64,000 nt of DNA from Octopus sinensis. Taxonomy: Eukaryota. The position numbers and the translations under genes were made by a program. The stretch covers positions 9,486,001-9,550,000 of the forward strand of contig NC_043002.1 of NCBI RefSeq assembly GCF_006345805.1, written 5' to 3'. Under the pieces are notes generated by a model. That model was not told the origin of the DNA. It saw only the letters and a program-made list of their open reading frames with translations, and ran no database searches. Each line of letters starts with the position of its first letter. Position 1 is the first letter of the stretch. Below are positions 52,250-64,000 of this stretch, in pieces.

Positions 52250-52670
52250 AGAGTAAGCTTTGCCTTACTGGCACTTGTGCCTGTGCTAGTAGGGTGCTAA
52301 GAGCACTATCCAAGCATGATTGTTGCTAGAGCGGCTAACTGGCTTCCATGCTGCTGGCATGTAAGAGACACCATTCGAGCGGGATTGTTACCAACGTCGC
52401 CTTACTGGCACCTGTGCTGGTGGCATGTGTAAAAAGATTCAAGCGAGGTCGTTGCCAGTACTGCCTGACTGGCCCCGTGCCGGTGGCACGTAAAAGCACC
52501 CACTACACTCTCGGAGTGGTTGGCGTTAGGAAGGGCATCCAGCTGTAGAAACACTGCCAGATCAGATTGGAGCCTAGTGCAGCCATCTGGTTCGCCAGCC
52601 CTCAGTCAAACTGTCCAACCCATGCTAGCATGGAAGGTGGGCGTTAAACGATGATGATGATGATGATGAT
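52250..52670 (+). mobile_element. RTE 3' UTR array and (GAT)n tail
   Basis: Homologous to the other tails. Confidence 0.88.
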
Positions 52671-53749
52671 GAAGGTGAATCGAAAAAGAAGTAGAAATAA
52701 TTAATATCTTACACCTGTTTCTGGGATGGGTCAGCATGTCCATGCACTAGGTATTTTGTCATCAGAGACAAGGTGTGGATGTAGGAAAGTTCCAGACAGA
52801 GAATTCAGTGTATAGAATGAAACAGTAGATAGAAGAATAATGACTAGAAAAATATACCTTCATGGAAGTACAGACTAACTTGTATTACCTTCTGGTGCCA
52901 GATGAGCTGGGAACTTTACCTGTTTTTCTTATATAGCGGATGTTTTCTGGTTGGTTTGTTTACTGTTAGTGTAATGCTACTTTATTATGTTTCCTTTTTG
53001 GAATAGATAAATATATTTAGCTTTTTAAGTAGGGATATATAATGATAAAACCGTCACTTATAACTTACTTATAAGTGTTACCATTATACGTAAATCCTGA
53101 CTCCAGCTACATAAACACCTTAGCAAGAAATATATTTTCTGGAACGCTAACGGACATTAAGCGTACATCTATGTTGAATATAAATAATTTTGTGTTCTTT
53201 TAACTGCTATAAAAAAATATAGTTTCATAATTACAGAAATACATTTCATTAATAAGTCGAAGAATGTGAAGAAAGAGAAAATAATTTCTACATTATTTTA
53301 TTATGTACATATAGCATTTTTAATATTTATAATACAATTTGAAGTAAAGTAATTTTGTCGTAGAGAATTACAACTTAATATTTTAGCTAACTAATTCCTC
53401 TATTATAGATCTCAACAATTCAAACAAGTCTCGTTGGATTTTTCATAGACATGGCATAAAAAAATAACCAATGTCTCAAAGGAGTGAGTGTCATGGAGTT
53501 AAGTTACATCCCACAAACACTGAAGTTTTCCCCCAAATCCAGGGTTTTTATAACTGCTCAACTTGACTTTAAAGAATCGAAATCACATAAAAATATTCTT
53601 TAACTAATTCTTAGAATTCCTAGCTGAGCAGTTATATCAACCAATGGGAAAACAACAATCATATTTCTTCAGCAATACGACACTGCGTCATATTGCCAGC
53701 TACCACAAATTGGCGCTACTGTTTGAAAATGGCTACACTCTACATCAGT

Positions 53750-54095
53750 ATTCTCCTTAAGAACTTCTTTATTCCTGATGTTGTAGATCATACCTTACTT
53801 CCGTATATTAACACAAAGTAGACAGAGAAGTCCAATATACAGATCCTGGTCTTGATGCTTAGAGAATGGTTTCCCCAAGAAGTTATATAATTTTGAGAGT
53901 GCAGATTTTGCCAGCCTTTTTTTGTCTTTTGATCTCCTTCACACATCTTGCATCTTTCGTGGTCAAAGTTCCAAGGTAATTGAAGGATGATGTCTGCTTA
54001 ATTTGATGGTTCCACTTTCAGCGTGCACTTTGGGCTTCCCTTCCTTGTCACCACCATGCACTCTGTCTCCATGCAATTTATGAACAGGCACTTGA
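53750..54095 (-). mobile_element. Old RTE-like RT C-terminal fragment
   Basis: ETECMVV; IKQTSSFNYLGTLTTKDARCVKEIK; LIYGSKV. Confidence 0.65.
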
Positions 54096-54359
54096 TCCAG
54101 TTTACAAATGAAAAAGGTTATGTACTGAATTCAGCAGAATGAATGAATGGGTTTTACTTTGATAGAGCAATGTTGTGAAAGGCAAGGTGAGAGAAATTGT
54201 AAGAGCAAAGGAGAAAGTGGTTATGAGTTGCGTTCCGGGTGTTGTGGATGAGGTCGTTTGCCTTGACATTAATTTTGGGTGTTGTTTGTCAATGCATGGC
54301 TGCTCTGTCATATTTATAAGAAATCAGACAGGTAGAAGGATGAAGATATCAGTGGTGTT

Positions 54360-54670
54360 ATAGCTGTTGTTTGTTCCTTCTCGAGCCATGCCTGGTTCAT
54401 AAGGGCCGGTGTCCCGGTTTCCTTGGCGTATAGGTTCCCCACCTAGATGGGACGCTGGTCCGTCGCAGGCGAGCTGCAAGATGCAGGAGGAAAGAGTGAG
54501 AGAAAGTTGTGGTGAAAGAGTCAGCAGAAGTTCGCCACCACCTTCTGCTGGAGCCGCGTGGAGCTTTTGGTGTTTCGCTCATAAACACACACATCACCCG
54601 GTCTGAGATTTGAACCCGCTATCCCTCGACTGCGAGTCCACTGCTCTAATCACTAGGCCATGTATCTTCA
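54360..54670 (-). mobile_element. tRNA-head SINE family E
   Basis: Head tggcctagtgatt...gggttcaaatc; about 190 nt shared with family D, different tail. Confidence 0.82.
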
Positions 54671-55399
54671 CAGGTGTTATAGTGATGTGGGGTTGTTTCA
54701 GCTCTCCAAGTGCTAGTAAGGTTAGAGGTGTAATGGATGACAATATATTACATTCGACAAGGTAGCATCTGGTTACTGTCTCTTACCATCTTCCATTGTC
54801 CCCATAGTGAGCAGTAAGTTTTATTTCCCTGTCATGAGAAGCAAAGGAGAATGAAATGTAAGGGGACAATGTTTTTGAGATTCAAGTTCGAACCTAAGGC
54901 AGGGCTGAAAGGGTCCCCAACAGCTATTAGTAGCAGTAGTAGAGTGTTGATGACGAATATGTACATATAATAGTTTCAGTGCTGATTGTAAGTTCAGTAC
55001 AAGGTCACAAATAATGGAAAAATTGTGTAGTTGATTATAGTATATGGCTGGTAATTAATTTGATCGGTCTCTAAATGATAAAGCTGAAGTTGGCAGTGAT
55101 AGGATTTTTAATTGGGGAAATAAAAGACATGTAATTACTTGAACCATTTAATCTATCGTTTAGCTGTTTCTGTTGATAATAGAATATTAATATTTCATTA
55201 TTTGTCTTTCATTTAAGAATGTAAAATGAAGGCAGAAATTCACTGAGTGGCATGTTGAAATGCATCTTGTCTGTAAACACTGCAAAGAATGAAAGATCTG
55301 GGTCATTGAAAATGATAACATATCCTCTTGTGGCATAGGGTTTCTATGTGAGCTGTAGAATTTGAGCAGTAATATATATACATGTATATTCAAAATGTG

Positions 55400-55600
55400 A
55401 CCTCATGTATACCGTTGGCGATTGTTTTCCTCTGTCTTTCCTTCTCTGGATCTTTCCTTCTCCTATGTTTCCAACGAAGTGCTCCGCTCGAAACGTTAAA
55501 CCCTCCTCCTTTCCTGAGCGTCCAATAATACTATATTCGTTCCACGTCCTCGCGTTGTTGTGTTTTTTTGTGCTTTCTTGTTTGGATTATATATGTATGT
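55400..55600 (+). mobile_element. Penelope pseudo-LTR-like fragment with hammerhead-like motif
   Basis: gtttccaacgaagtgctccgctcgaaacgttaaac. Confidence 0.5.
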
Positions 55601-55989
55601 ATCTGTTTATTTGTATATATATTAATTATTTGAGGGAATATTATTCTTAACTTAAAGGGAAAAATTCAATTTAGAAATACTAAATCAAATTTCATATATC
55701 TATGATATATACATATATTTATGATATATATATATATATATATATGGTAACATATATATCCATGATATATATTTATAAGTAAGAGCAAAAGAAAAAATTT
55801 CTAATGCCAAAATATGCCGAAAATAGACACAACGCCAATAACCATGTAATTTATCACTACAAGCATGTGTAGTGCTTGTAGTGATATATCCATTATATAT
55901 ATATATATATATATATACATGTCAGAGATGTTGTCATAGTTTACAATTAATAAATAATTTTTATTAATTATGACTCCATTTTCTCCTCA

Positions 55990-55994
55990 TTCTT

Positions 55995-56028
<34 letters not shown>

Positions 56029-56097
56029 ATATATATATGTGTATATATATGTGTGTATATATATATGTGTATATATATGTGTGTATATATATGTGTG

Positions 56098-56142
<45 letters not shown>

Positions 56143-56297
56143 GTATATGTGTATGTATGTATATGTGTGTATGTATATATGTGTATGTATATATGTGTAT
56201 GTATATATATGTATGTATATGTATGTATGTATATGTATGTATATGTATGTATATGTATGTATGTATATGTATGTATGTATATGTATGTATGTATATG

Positions 56298-56350
<53 letters not shown>

Positions 56351-56451
56351 GTATGTATGTATGTATATGTATGTATATGTATGTATGTATATATATGTAT
56401 GTATGTATATATATGTATGTATGTATATATATGTATGTATGTATATATATG

Positions 56452-56490
<39 letters not shown>

Positions 56491-56735
56491 GTATGTATAT
56501 ATGTATGTATATATGTATGTATGTATGTATATATGTATGTATGTATGTATATATGTATGTATGTATGTATGTATATATATATGTATGTATGTATATATAT
56601 GTATGTATGTATATATATGTATGTATGTATATATATGTATGTATGTATATATATGTATGTATGTATATGTATGTATGTATATATATGTATGTATGTATAT
56701 ATATGTATGTATGTATGTATATATATGTATGTATG

Positions 56736-56766
<31 letters not shown>

Positions 56767-56791
56767 ATATATGTATGTATGTATATATATG

Positions 56792-56830
<39 letters not shown>

Positions 56831-57048
56831 GTATATATATATGTATGTACATATATGTATGTATATATATATGTATGTACATATATGTATGTATATATAT
56901 ATATGTATGTACATATATGTATGTATATATATATATGTATGTATATATATGTATATATATATATATGTATGTATGTATTATATGTATGTATATATATATA
57001 CATGTATGTATGTATATATATGTATGCATATATATACATGTATGTATG

Positions 57049-57110
<62 letters not shown>

Positions 57111-57115
57111 TATTC
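55990..57115. repeat. 1.1-kb (TA)n/(ATGT)n compound microsatellite
   Basis: Directly visible; source of the 300-400 aa spurious ORFs. Confidence 0.97.
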
Positions 57116-57479
57116 TTCTATATGTTTCAGCCATGAGGCTGTTATCATGCTGGGGCACTGCCATTGTAATTACCTTTTAATTGGCCAATTCTCTGGGTCT
57201 GGCTTTTGGTGAGAGGGGGGGGTTCGATATTGCTGCCCTCTGTTGAATTTCTTCCCTTGACATTGATTCATCCTGGATCATGGATAGTAAGAGGTCATGA
57301 TTTTATCCAGAAGCGTCACATAGTAGTACTAATATAAACTAATGTTACCTAAGTCACTATGAAGCTCAGAAGTTGCTATACTTTAATTTTACATTAGAAA
57401 CTGACCATATTCAACTTATGGTAAGGTGATGGTTAATTATTAGACTTATTGATATTTTGCTTTAACTCTTTATGTCCTG

Positions 57480-57952
57480 ATCCGTACGTGGCTGATGCCA
57501 GTGTCGCCTTGAGTGGCTTCTGTGCCGGTGGCACATAAAAAGCACGAACCAATTGTGGCCGTTGCCAGCCTACCTTGGCACCTAAAAAAGCACCATCCGT
57601 ATGTGGCTGATGCCAGCGCCACCTTGACTGGCTTCCTTGCCGGTTGCATGTAAAAAGCACCATCTGTACATGCTCAATACCAGCGCTGCCTTGACCGGCT
57701 TCCGTGCCGGTGGTACGTAAAAAGCACCAACCGATCATGGCTGTTGCCAGCCTCCCCTGGCACCTGTACCAGTGGCACGTAAAAAGCACCCACTGCACTC
57801 ACGGAGTGGTTGTCATTAGGAAGGGCATTCAGCTGTAGAAACACTGCCAGATCAGACTGGAGACTGGTGCAACCTCCTGGCTTCCCAGACCCCGGTCGAA
57901 CCGTCCAACCCATGCTAGCATGGAAAACTGACGTTAAACGATGATGATGATG
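57480..57952 (+). mobile_element. RTE 3' UTR array and tail
   Basis: Repeated aaaagcacc units, then the standard tail. Confidence 0.88.
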
Positions 57953-58419
57953 TTTACTTTACCTTTCATCCTTCTAAGGTCCATGAAATAAAGTCCCAGT
58001 CAAGTACTAGAGTCAATTTAATTTGTCCACCTCAAAATATGTGCCCTTGTACCAATTTTATATCAAATTTGTTAAATCTATGTCCAGTAACCACTTCATA
58101 CACTATTTCTGTTAAAGTCTCATTTCTCAAAAGCTGGAATATTATTTCAGATGATATTTTTGCTTTATTTTTTTAATAATTGCTAATTTGAACATTTTTT
58201 CACACCAAGTGAGGAAGGTGAAACCATTGATATGTCATACTTCTAATAATAGTGATGAAAGTTATGCATTCAGTTTTGTGAAATAAATTTGACGTTTTAT
58301 GTCTCAGGATTTGAAAATTTTCATGCAAATAGCCACATATATATAAAATTGAATATTATTTGAAATTATTGTCATCCTTTGATATCTGTTTTTACATGCT
58401 GCCATGGGTTGCAGTAGCT

Positions 58420-58815
58420 GTTTGTTTGTTTGTTTGTTGAGCGAAGCGGTCTTTTGTCCCAGAGCTTGCAAGATCACGCTTCTAGTGGAAGTCCGAAATG
58501 TGGTCCTTTGCTATTCGTAAGACCCGCAGAAGAGAAAGCAGGTCAACCCCCGACACTGAGAGCATCGACGGATGGATGAATGCGCATCCAGGCTCAGCGG
58601 TTGCGTAGGAAGTTGGGGACAAGAAACAAAAAGAAAGAGTGAGAGAAAGTTGGAGCGAAAGAGTACAACAGGGAGCGCCACCACCCCCTGCCGGAGCCTC
58701 GTGGGGCTTTAGGCGTTTTTGCTCAATAAACACATGCAACGCCCGGTCTGGGAATCGAAACCGTGATCCTCCGACCGCGAGTCCGCTGCCCTAACCACTG
58801 GGCCATTGCGCCTCC
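58420..58815 (-). mobile_element. tRNA-head SINE family D, full length, (AAAC)n tail
   Basis: A box TGGCCCAGTGG and B box GGTTTCGATTCC on the minus strand. Confidence 0.9.
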
Positions 58816-60280
58816 TGCAGTAGTTGTCAGGAAATTGTTTTACTACAACTATTTGTGATATTTTGTTTTGAACTTGGTATAATGTCTAAGTTTACAACAG
58901 TTTAAAGTAGTCTTCCATGGGAGCTACCAAATTTGGCTGCTATTTGAGAAAACCTGTTTACTGGAGAGGTTGGAGAGAAAATATTGTTTTCCTTGGGTTC
59001 AGAGCTACAATTGAAATATTAGGATTCTCATCTCTTCATTGCATATCAACCTGTCTACATTGTATTTCAATTACATTGTTTTATTTTAAGCGTGTGATTT
59101 ACAGTAGTGGTTCTTAAATGTTTTGCCCTTTTTCTCATTATCAATGAGAAAATAGAATTTGCTTCTGTATAATTTTTCTATGTTGGATAAACTCAAAAGT
59201 TTAAAACTATTACACTTCACTTCAAATTAAATCCTTAGATGATTTGACAGCATTTTTACCTCTGCATTGTTGCCTAACTTGCAAGGAATTCGTAGCCATA
59301 TCTCCCTCAAATACTAAAAAATGGTTAAATATACAGGATAAACTAATACTGTATATGGATATACAAGAAATAAGAAGGCAAGATGACCATGGCTAAAATG
59401 CTGGTTGAACAATAAATGTTTGACTTACAGAAAGATTTCTTGCAGAAAATGTAAATGTTGTCAGGGAGTGACAGAAGTTACCACTCCGCATGAAATAGGC
59501 TCTAAAAATCCTATAAATGTGTCTTACAGAGTCTTCAGTATACTAACAAAAACCCCACCAAACAACAACATATACAAATGATCCAGAAAACACAGGACTA
59601 CAGGAAACTAACTCTGACAACAATAAAAACAGGAAGCACTATTATTTCCCTTCCCAATGTTACATGGCTGTACAGAATGCATTTAAGAAATAATAGGTTA
59701 ACACACAACAATAAGCTCTGTAGACTTGATACTAGATTCTGTAATACAGTACTAATGACACTAAGCGCTTCCTTTATGGAACTGAAAAATTTTATCTCCA
59801 CTCGTGACATTGATGTAGCAGTAATTCAGGAAACTCCGTATACCGTAACACTGAACATCCACCATTTTAAATTATAATCATCGTTAGACACTGGAAGTGA
59901 TTTTTATAAAACACACAAACAGGTTGCATTCAGTGTCACAAATAACATTTGTAACTTCAAAAAGTCTCATTTTTTTTTCCCTGGTAAATCTGAATTAACC
60001 AAAATGTTTAACGAGTGTTCCGAGAATTGAAGTCACATGACTTACAGTCTCTGTCCGTTTCTTTCTTTATCTTTCAGAATTCTCTTCAAAAACTAAAATT
60101 ACAAAATCAAAACAAATGTCTTGGATTCAATTAAAAGCTGACTGATATATAATGAAGGAATAGTAATTAATTAATTATCAAGATCGATATATTTCTGGAT
60201 TTGAGTCATTTATTTCTATTATATGAGATTGATCAAACATTGTTTTGTTTTTGTTGAACAAGTTTGTGTTTTGTGATACC

Positions 60281-60783
60281 TGTGCCAGTGACACGTAAAA
60301 AGCACCAACCGATCGTGGCTGTTGCCAGCCTCCCCTGGCACCTGTGCCGGTGGCACGTAAAAAGCACCATCCGGACGTGGCTGATGCCAGCGCCACCTTG
60401 ACTGACTTCTGTGCCGGTGGCACGTAAAAAGCACCAACCGATCATGGCCGATGCCAGCCTCCCCTGGCACCTGTGCTGGTGGCACGTAAAAAGCACCATC
60501 CGAACATGGCTGACACCAACGTTGCCTTGACTGGCTTCTGTGCCGGTGGCACATAAAAAGCACCAACCGATCGTGGCTGATGCCAGCCTACCCTGGTACC
60601 TGTGACAGTGGCACGTAAAAAGCACCCACAACACTCTCGGAGTGGTTGGCGTTTGGAAGGGCATCTAGCTGTAGAAACATTGTCAGATAAAACTGGAGCC
60701 TGGTGCAGCCTCCTGGCTTCCCAGACCCTGGTCGAACCGTCCAACCCATGCTAGCATGGAAAATAGACATTAAATGATGATGA
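60281..60783 (+). mobile_element. RTE 3' UTR with alternating 62/67-bp array and tail
   Basis: Units start at 60281, 60343, 60410, 60472, 60539 and 60601. Confidence 0.9.
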
Positions 60784-60919
60784 AACTAAGAGGGAGCAAT
60801 GCTACTCTAGAAACACAGGCTTCTAAATAAAAACTAGCAACATGATGTATGATATTCTATTATGTATTTCAGCCCTAAGGCTGGGGCACCGCCATATTAA
60901 TAAACATATATTTAATACC

Positions 60920-61334
60920 TATTTCTTTACTACCCACAAGGGGCTACACACAGAGAGGACAAACAAGGACAGACAAAGGGATTAAGTTGATTATATCAAC
61001 CCCAGTGCGTAACTGGTACTTAATTTATCGACCCCGAAAGGATGAAAGGTAAAAGTCGACCTCGGCAGAATTTGAACTCAGATTGTAACAGCAGACGAAA
61101 TACCTATTTCTTTACTACCCACAAGGGGTAAACACATAGAGGACAAACAAGGACAGACAAACGGATTAAGTCGATTATATCGACCCCTGCGCGTAACTAG
61201 TACTTAATTTATCGACCCCGAAAGGATGAAAGGCAAAGTCGACCTTGGTGAAATTTGAACTCAGAATGTAGCGGCAGACGAAATACGGTTACGCATTTCA
61301 CCCTATGTGCTAACGTTTCTGTCAGCTTGCCGCC
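60920..61334 (-). mobile_element. Head-to-tail SINE family A dimer
   Basis: Full unit 61108-61334 plus 5'-truncated unit 60920-61107; near-TSD TATATTTAATACC / TATATTTAATTCC. Confidence 0.85.
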
Positions 61335-61900
61335 TATATTTAATTCCACTGATCTTGCCAACCCTCCCACATCACAGCTATAGTTCATTAATAGTTCACA
61401 AACGCTATTTTTGATAGGAGACTTTGGTGCTTTCAAATAACAAGAAAGGGTGATTTTTATGTCATTGCAATTACACATCCTTTGTGGTCCTAAGCAGTTT
61501 ACATCTGCTTTCATTGATACACAGATATGTTACCAAATTAACTACAACTTTTTCTTGAACATTATCTTCTGTTCCACACACCTAACTATTCCACAGCTTC
61601 CATCGTATCATCTGCCAATTATTGCATCACAGTTATACATCAGTGAAGAAAGTAAAAACACTTTTACAAACTTTAATAAAAGCTCAATACAATGAGTTCT
61701 GCAAAGAAAACAGAATCAAAGTTTTCAGAATTAACCAACCCTACGGTCACCGTCAAAGACAATGATTCAACAAAATAATTAATTACAAACAAAAAAAAAA
61801 ACTAAATAAAACCCCACAAATATCCCACAAAGCAATCTAAAAAAATATAACTTGGTTACATACTAGCATAGCCAACCTCATAATAAAACAAAACAGAAAT

Positions 61901-62340
61901 GCTGTAGAAACATTGTCAGATAAAACTGGAGCCTGGTGCAGCCTCCTGGCTTCCCAGACCCTGGTCGAACCGTCCAACCCATGCTAGCATGGAAAATAGA
62001 CATTAAATGATGATGAAACTAAGAGGGAGCAATGCTACTCTAGAAACACAGGCTTCTAAATAAAAACTAGCAACATGATGTATGATATTCTATTATGTAT
62101 TTCAGCCCTAAGGCTGGGGCACCGCCATATTAATAAACATATATTTAATACCTATTTCTTTACTACCCACAAGGGGCTACACACAGAGAGGACAAACAAG
62201 GACAGACAAAGGGATTAAGTTGATTATATCAACCCCAGTGCGTAACTGGTACTTAATTTATCGACCCCGAAAGGATGAAAGGTAAAAGTCGACCTCGGCA
62301 GAATTTGAACTCAGATTGTAACAGCAGACGAAATACCTAT
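61901..62340 (+). repeat. 440-bp direct duplicate of 60668-61107
   Basis: Apparently identical by eye, including the unique spacer between RTE tail and SINE. Confidence 0.9.
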
Positions 62341-62559
62341 ATATCAATGCAAGCCTATAGAGATAGTTTAGACCATGTGATGGAGATGGAGAGAGAGTCC
62401 TGTATGCCAAAACTATCACACTGTACCTCATACAATTCATCACTGTATGTTGGAAGTTATGTTGTTGCTATCTTAATGGAAGTATGATGATATAGCTGGA
62501 AAGATGGATCCATTGGCTGTACTTTGTTGTCAATCAGAGCTGACCTGGGCTCTGCAAGA

Positions 62560-62750
62560 GTGACAACTTGCTGGGGCTGCCTGCTGGAGCCTAGTGGCAG
62601 GTATTTAAAGGGAAAAATTTTGACAAGTCAGTCAGTCGCTGGCTGACACTCGTTGATGCTACACCGAAGAGGCCAGGGAACAGAAGAAAGAAGACATGCA
62701 CCCAACACCACGTGTTTCGTAGCAGACCACGAAACACGGTTGTAATTCCT
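62560..62750 (+). repeat. Internally deleted copy of the 51169-51481 repeat
   Basis: Shares both ends and lacks about 51320-51445. Confidence 0.8.
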
Positions 62751-63052
62751 TCCTAAGAAAGAAAGAAGTTAGATATAGGTTCACACTTATTTAGTTAAAA
62801 TCGAGACTAAATAAAAAGAACATATTTTTAAATGAATATTTTTGAGAGAAAAAGAATACATGAGTACCTTGTAGGGGTTTAGAATTGATGCTAGTTTTAC
62901 TATAGAGGGAGGGAGCAAAAATAAATACAATGTGAAAAAAGTTTGATTTGAATTTTACCAAATGGTTTTGTACTTTATAATATCATTGTCCTTTTCTTTT
63001 TTTATAAGATGGATTCAATTTCTACTATATTGTTATTTACTCTTTATTTTCC

Positions 63053-63115
63053 TACTAAATACTTTTTTTTTCTTTTTCAGGTAAGTCAATATTTATGAAG
63101 ATTTTTCGGGTAAGG
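63053..63115 (+). other. Candidate recursive splice site with RS-exon 63081-63109
   Basis: TACTAAA branch-like motif, 17 pyrimidines (63062-63078), CAG|GTAAGT, second donor CGG|GTAAGG at 63109/63110. Confidence 0.7.
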
Positions 63116-63361
63116 TTGAAATCTTATGATCCAGGGCATTTTTCATGAATGTTGAGAATAGATTTTAGTGAGGTGCTATTGCAGAGCACTCATTTGTAAA
63201 CAGTTGTAAGTCATTGGCCTGCAAAATTTAAAACTGTTAGAGCAGTGGCTGAGCCTAAACTTCTGGCCCTGCGTTCAGGGTTGAAGGCTTTTGCTAACAG
63301 TAATTTCTGTAAGTACACATAACATCCTGTTTGTATCAGTTGATCTTCTTACCCTCATTAA

Positions 63362-63582
63362 CCCTTTCGTTACTGTATTTATTTTGAGATGCTCTGTGTT
63401 TCTTTCATTTACTTTAAATATAACAAAGAATTTAGTAAAATAACTTAGTTATCATTAAGCTAGTGTTAGGAACGTAAACTGTGACTAAGGTTTGGTGGAA
63501 GATTTTAATTCAAAACTTATGAAAACAAGACATTTGTACAACAGAGCCAGAGCCGGTTTCAGCTGAGTTGGTAACGAAAGGG
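63362..63582. mobile_element. piggyBac-type MITE (family 1), intact
   Basis: TTAA at 63358-63361 and 63583-63586; perfect TIR CCCTTTCGTTAC / GTAACGAAAGGG. Confidence 0.95.
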
Positions 63583-64000
63583 TTAAAGTGTTACTGTCCT
63601 AAAAAAAATAGTATTCCAATAATTCTTGTAAATGTTTAAATTGACAGTGCTATCCAACCAATACTGGAAATTGTAAATAAACAAATAAGAAAACTATCTC
63701 TTGAGATGGGATTGAATCAGTGAAAATTCTGTTGAATATATAAGCTGGAGTATGTAAAGGTTTTGTGAATCGCAACTCAATATCTTAGCTTTAGTTTTCT
63801 TTCACTGGAAGATGTGTAAATGATGTGTACATTTTAATTATGAAATGCATTTTTATTATACTGTTTTAATTACAGCAATTATTATTTTGTAAAAACATTG
63901 GTACATTTACTATCATATGGGAAGATAAAAAGTCAGGTTGCCCCGAGGTGAGTTAAGTCTGATGATTGAAATACCTAAAATATTATTGGTTCTAGTATTT

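Noticed and set aside
58735-58815. tRNA-like sequence (also at 54590-54670 and other SINE heads)
   Set aside because: These have A and B boxes but continue into SINE bodies; no complete cloverleaf is supported.
59730-59850. ELKNFISTRDIDVAVIQET, resembling a LINE APE motif
   Set aside because: A single short motif with no flanking homology; at most a very old fragment.
60060-60110. Strong acceptors (also near 40394 and 3410) as RASSF exon 2 or other exons
   Set aside because: No downstream donor and no C-x4-H-x2-C continuation in the needed phase.
60281-60630. CRISPR-like repeat-spacer appearance
   Set aside because: The spacers recur as two types, the array is inside an RTE 3' UTR, there are no cas genes and the context is eukaryotic.

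Overview
AT-rich, microsatellite- and retroelement-dense animal genomic DNA. The repeat complement (tRNA-head SINEs, RTE LINEs with (GAT)n tails, Penelope-like elements, Helitrons, TTAA MITEs) looks like an octopod cephalopod; this is inferred, not database-checked. One host coding exon is recognisable: 13031-13694 (+), encoding a long N-terminus and the first half of a RASSF1/5-type C1 zinc finger. Its phase-1 intron starts at 13695 and no matching next exon was found, so about 50 kb of the window is one giant intron. Best leads: (1) a recursive-splicing (ratchet) signature at 63080/63081: branch point, 17-pyrimidine tract, CAG|GTAAGT, then a 29-nt cryptic RS-exon and a second donor; (2) an HDV-like ribozyme fold with an unusual L3 hairpin insertion exactly at the 5' end of a full-length, TSD-flanked RTE (17123-21109, minus); (3) a 12-nt frame-preserving microexon candidate at 43650-43661; (4) Helitron 3' ends whose palindrome is bounded by CTAG on both sides; (5) degenerate hammerhead-like motifs in Penelope-LTR-like fragments. 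Nested MITEs, fold-back scars and a variable array in RTE 3' UTRs are also reported. Repeat boundaries without a stated TSD are approximate. All structures were read by eye.
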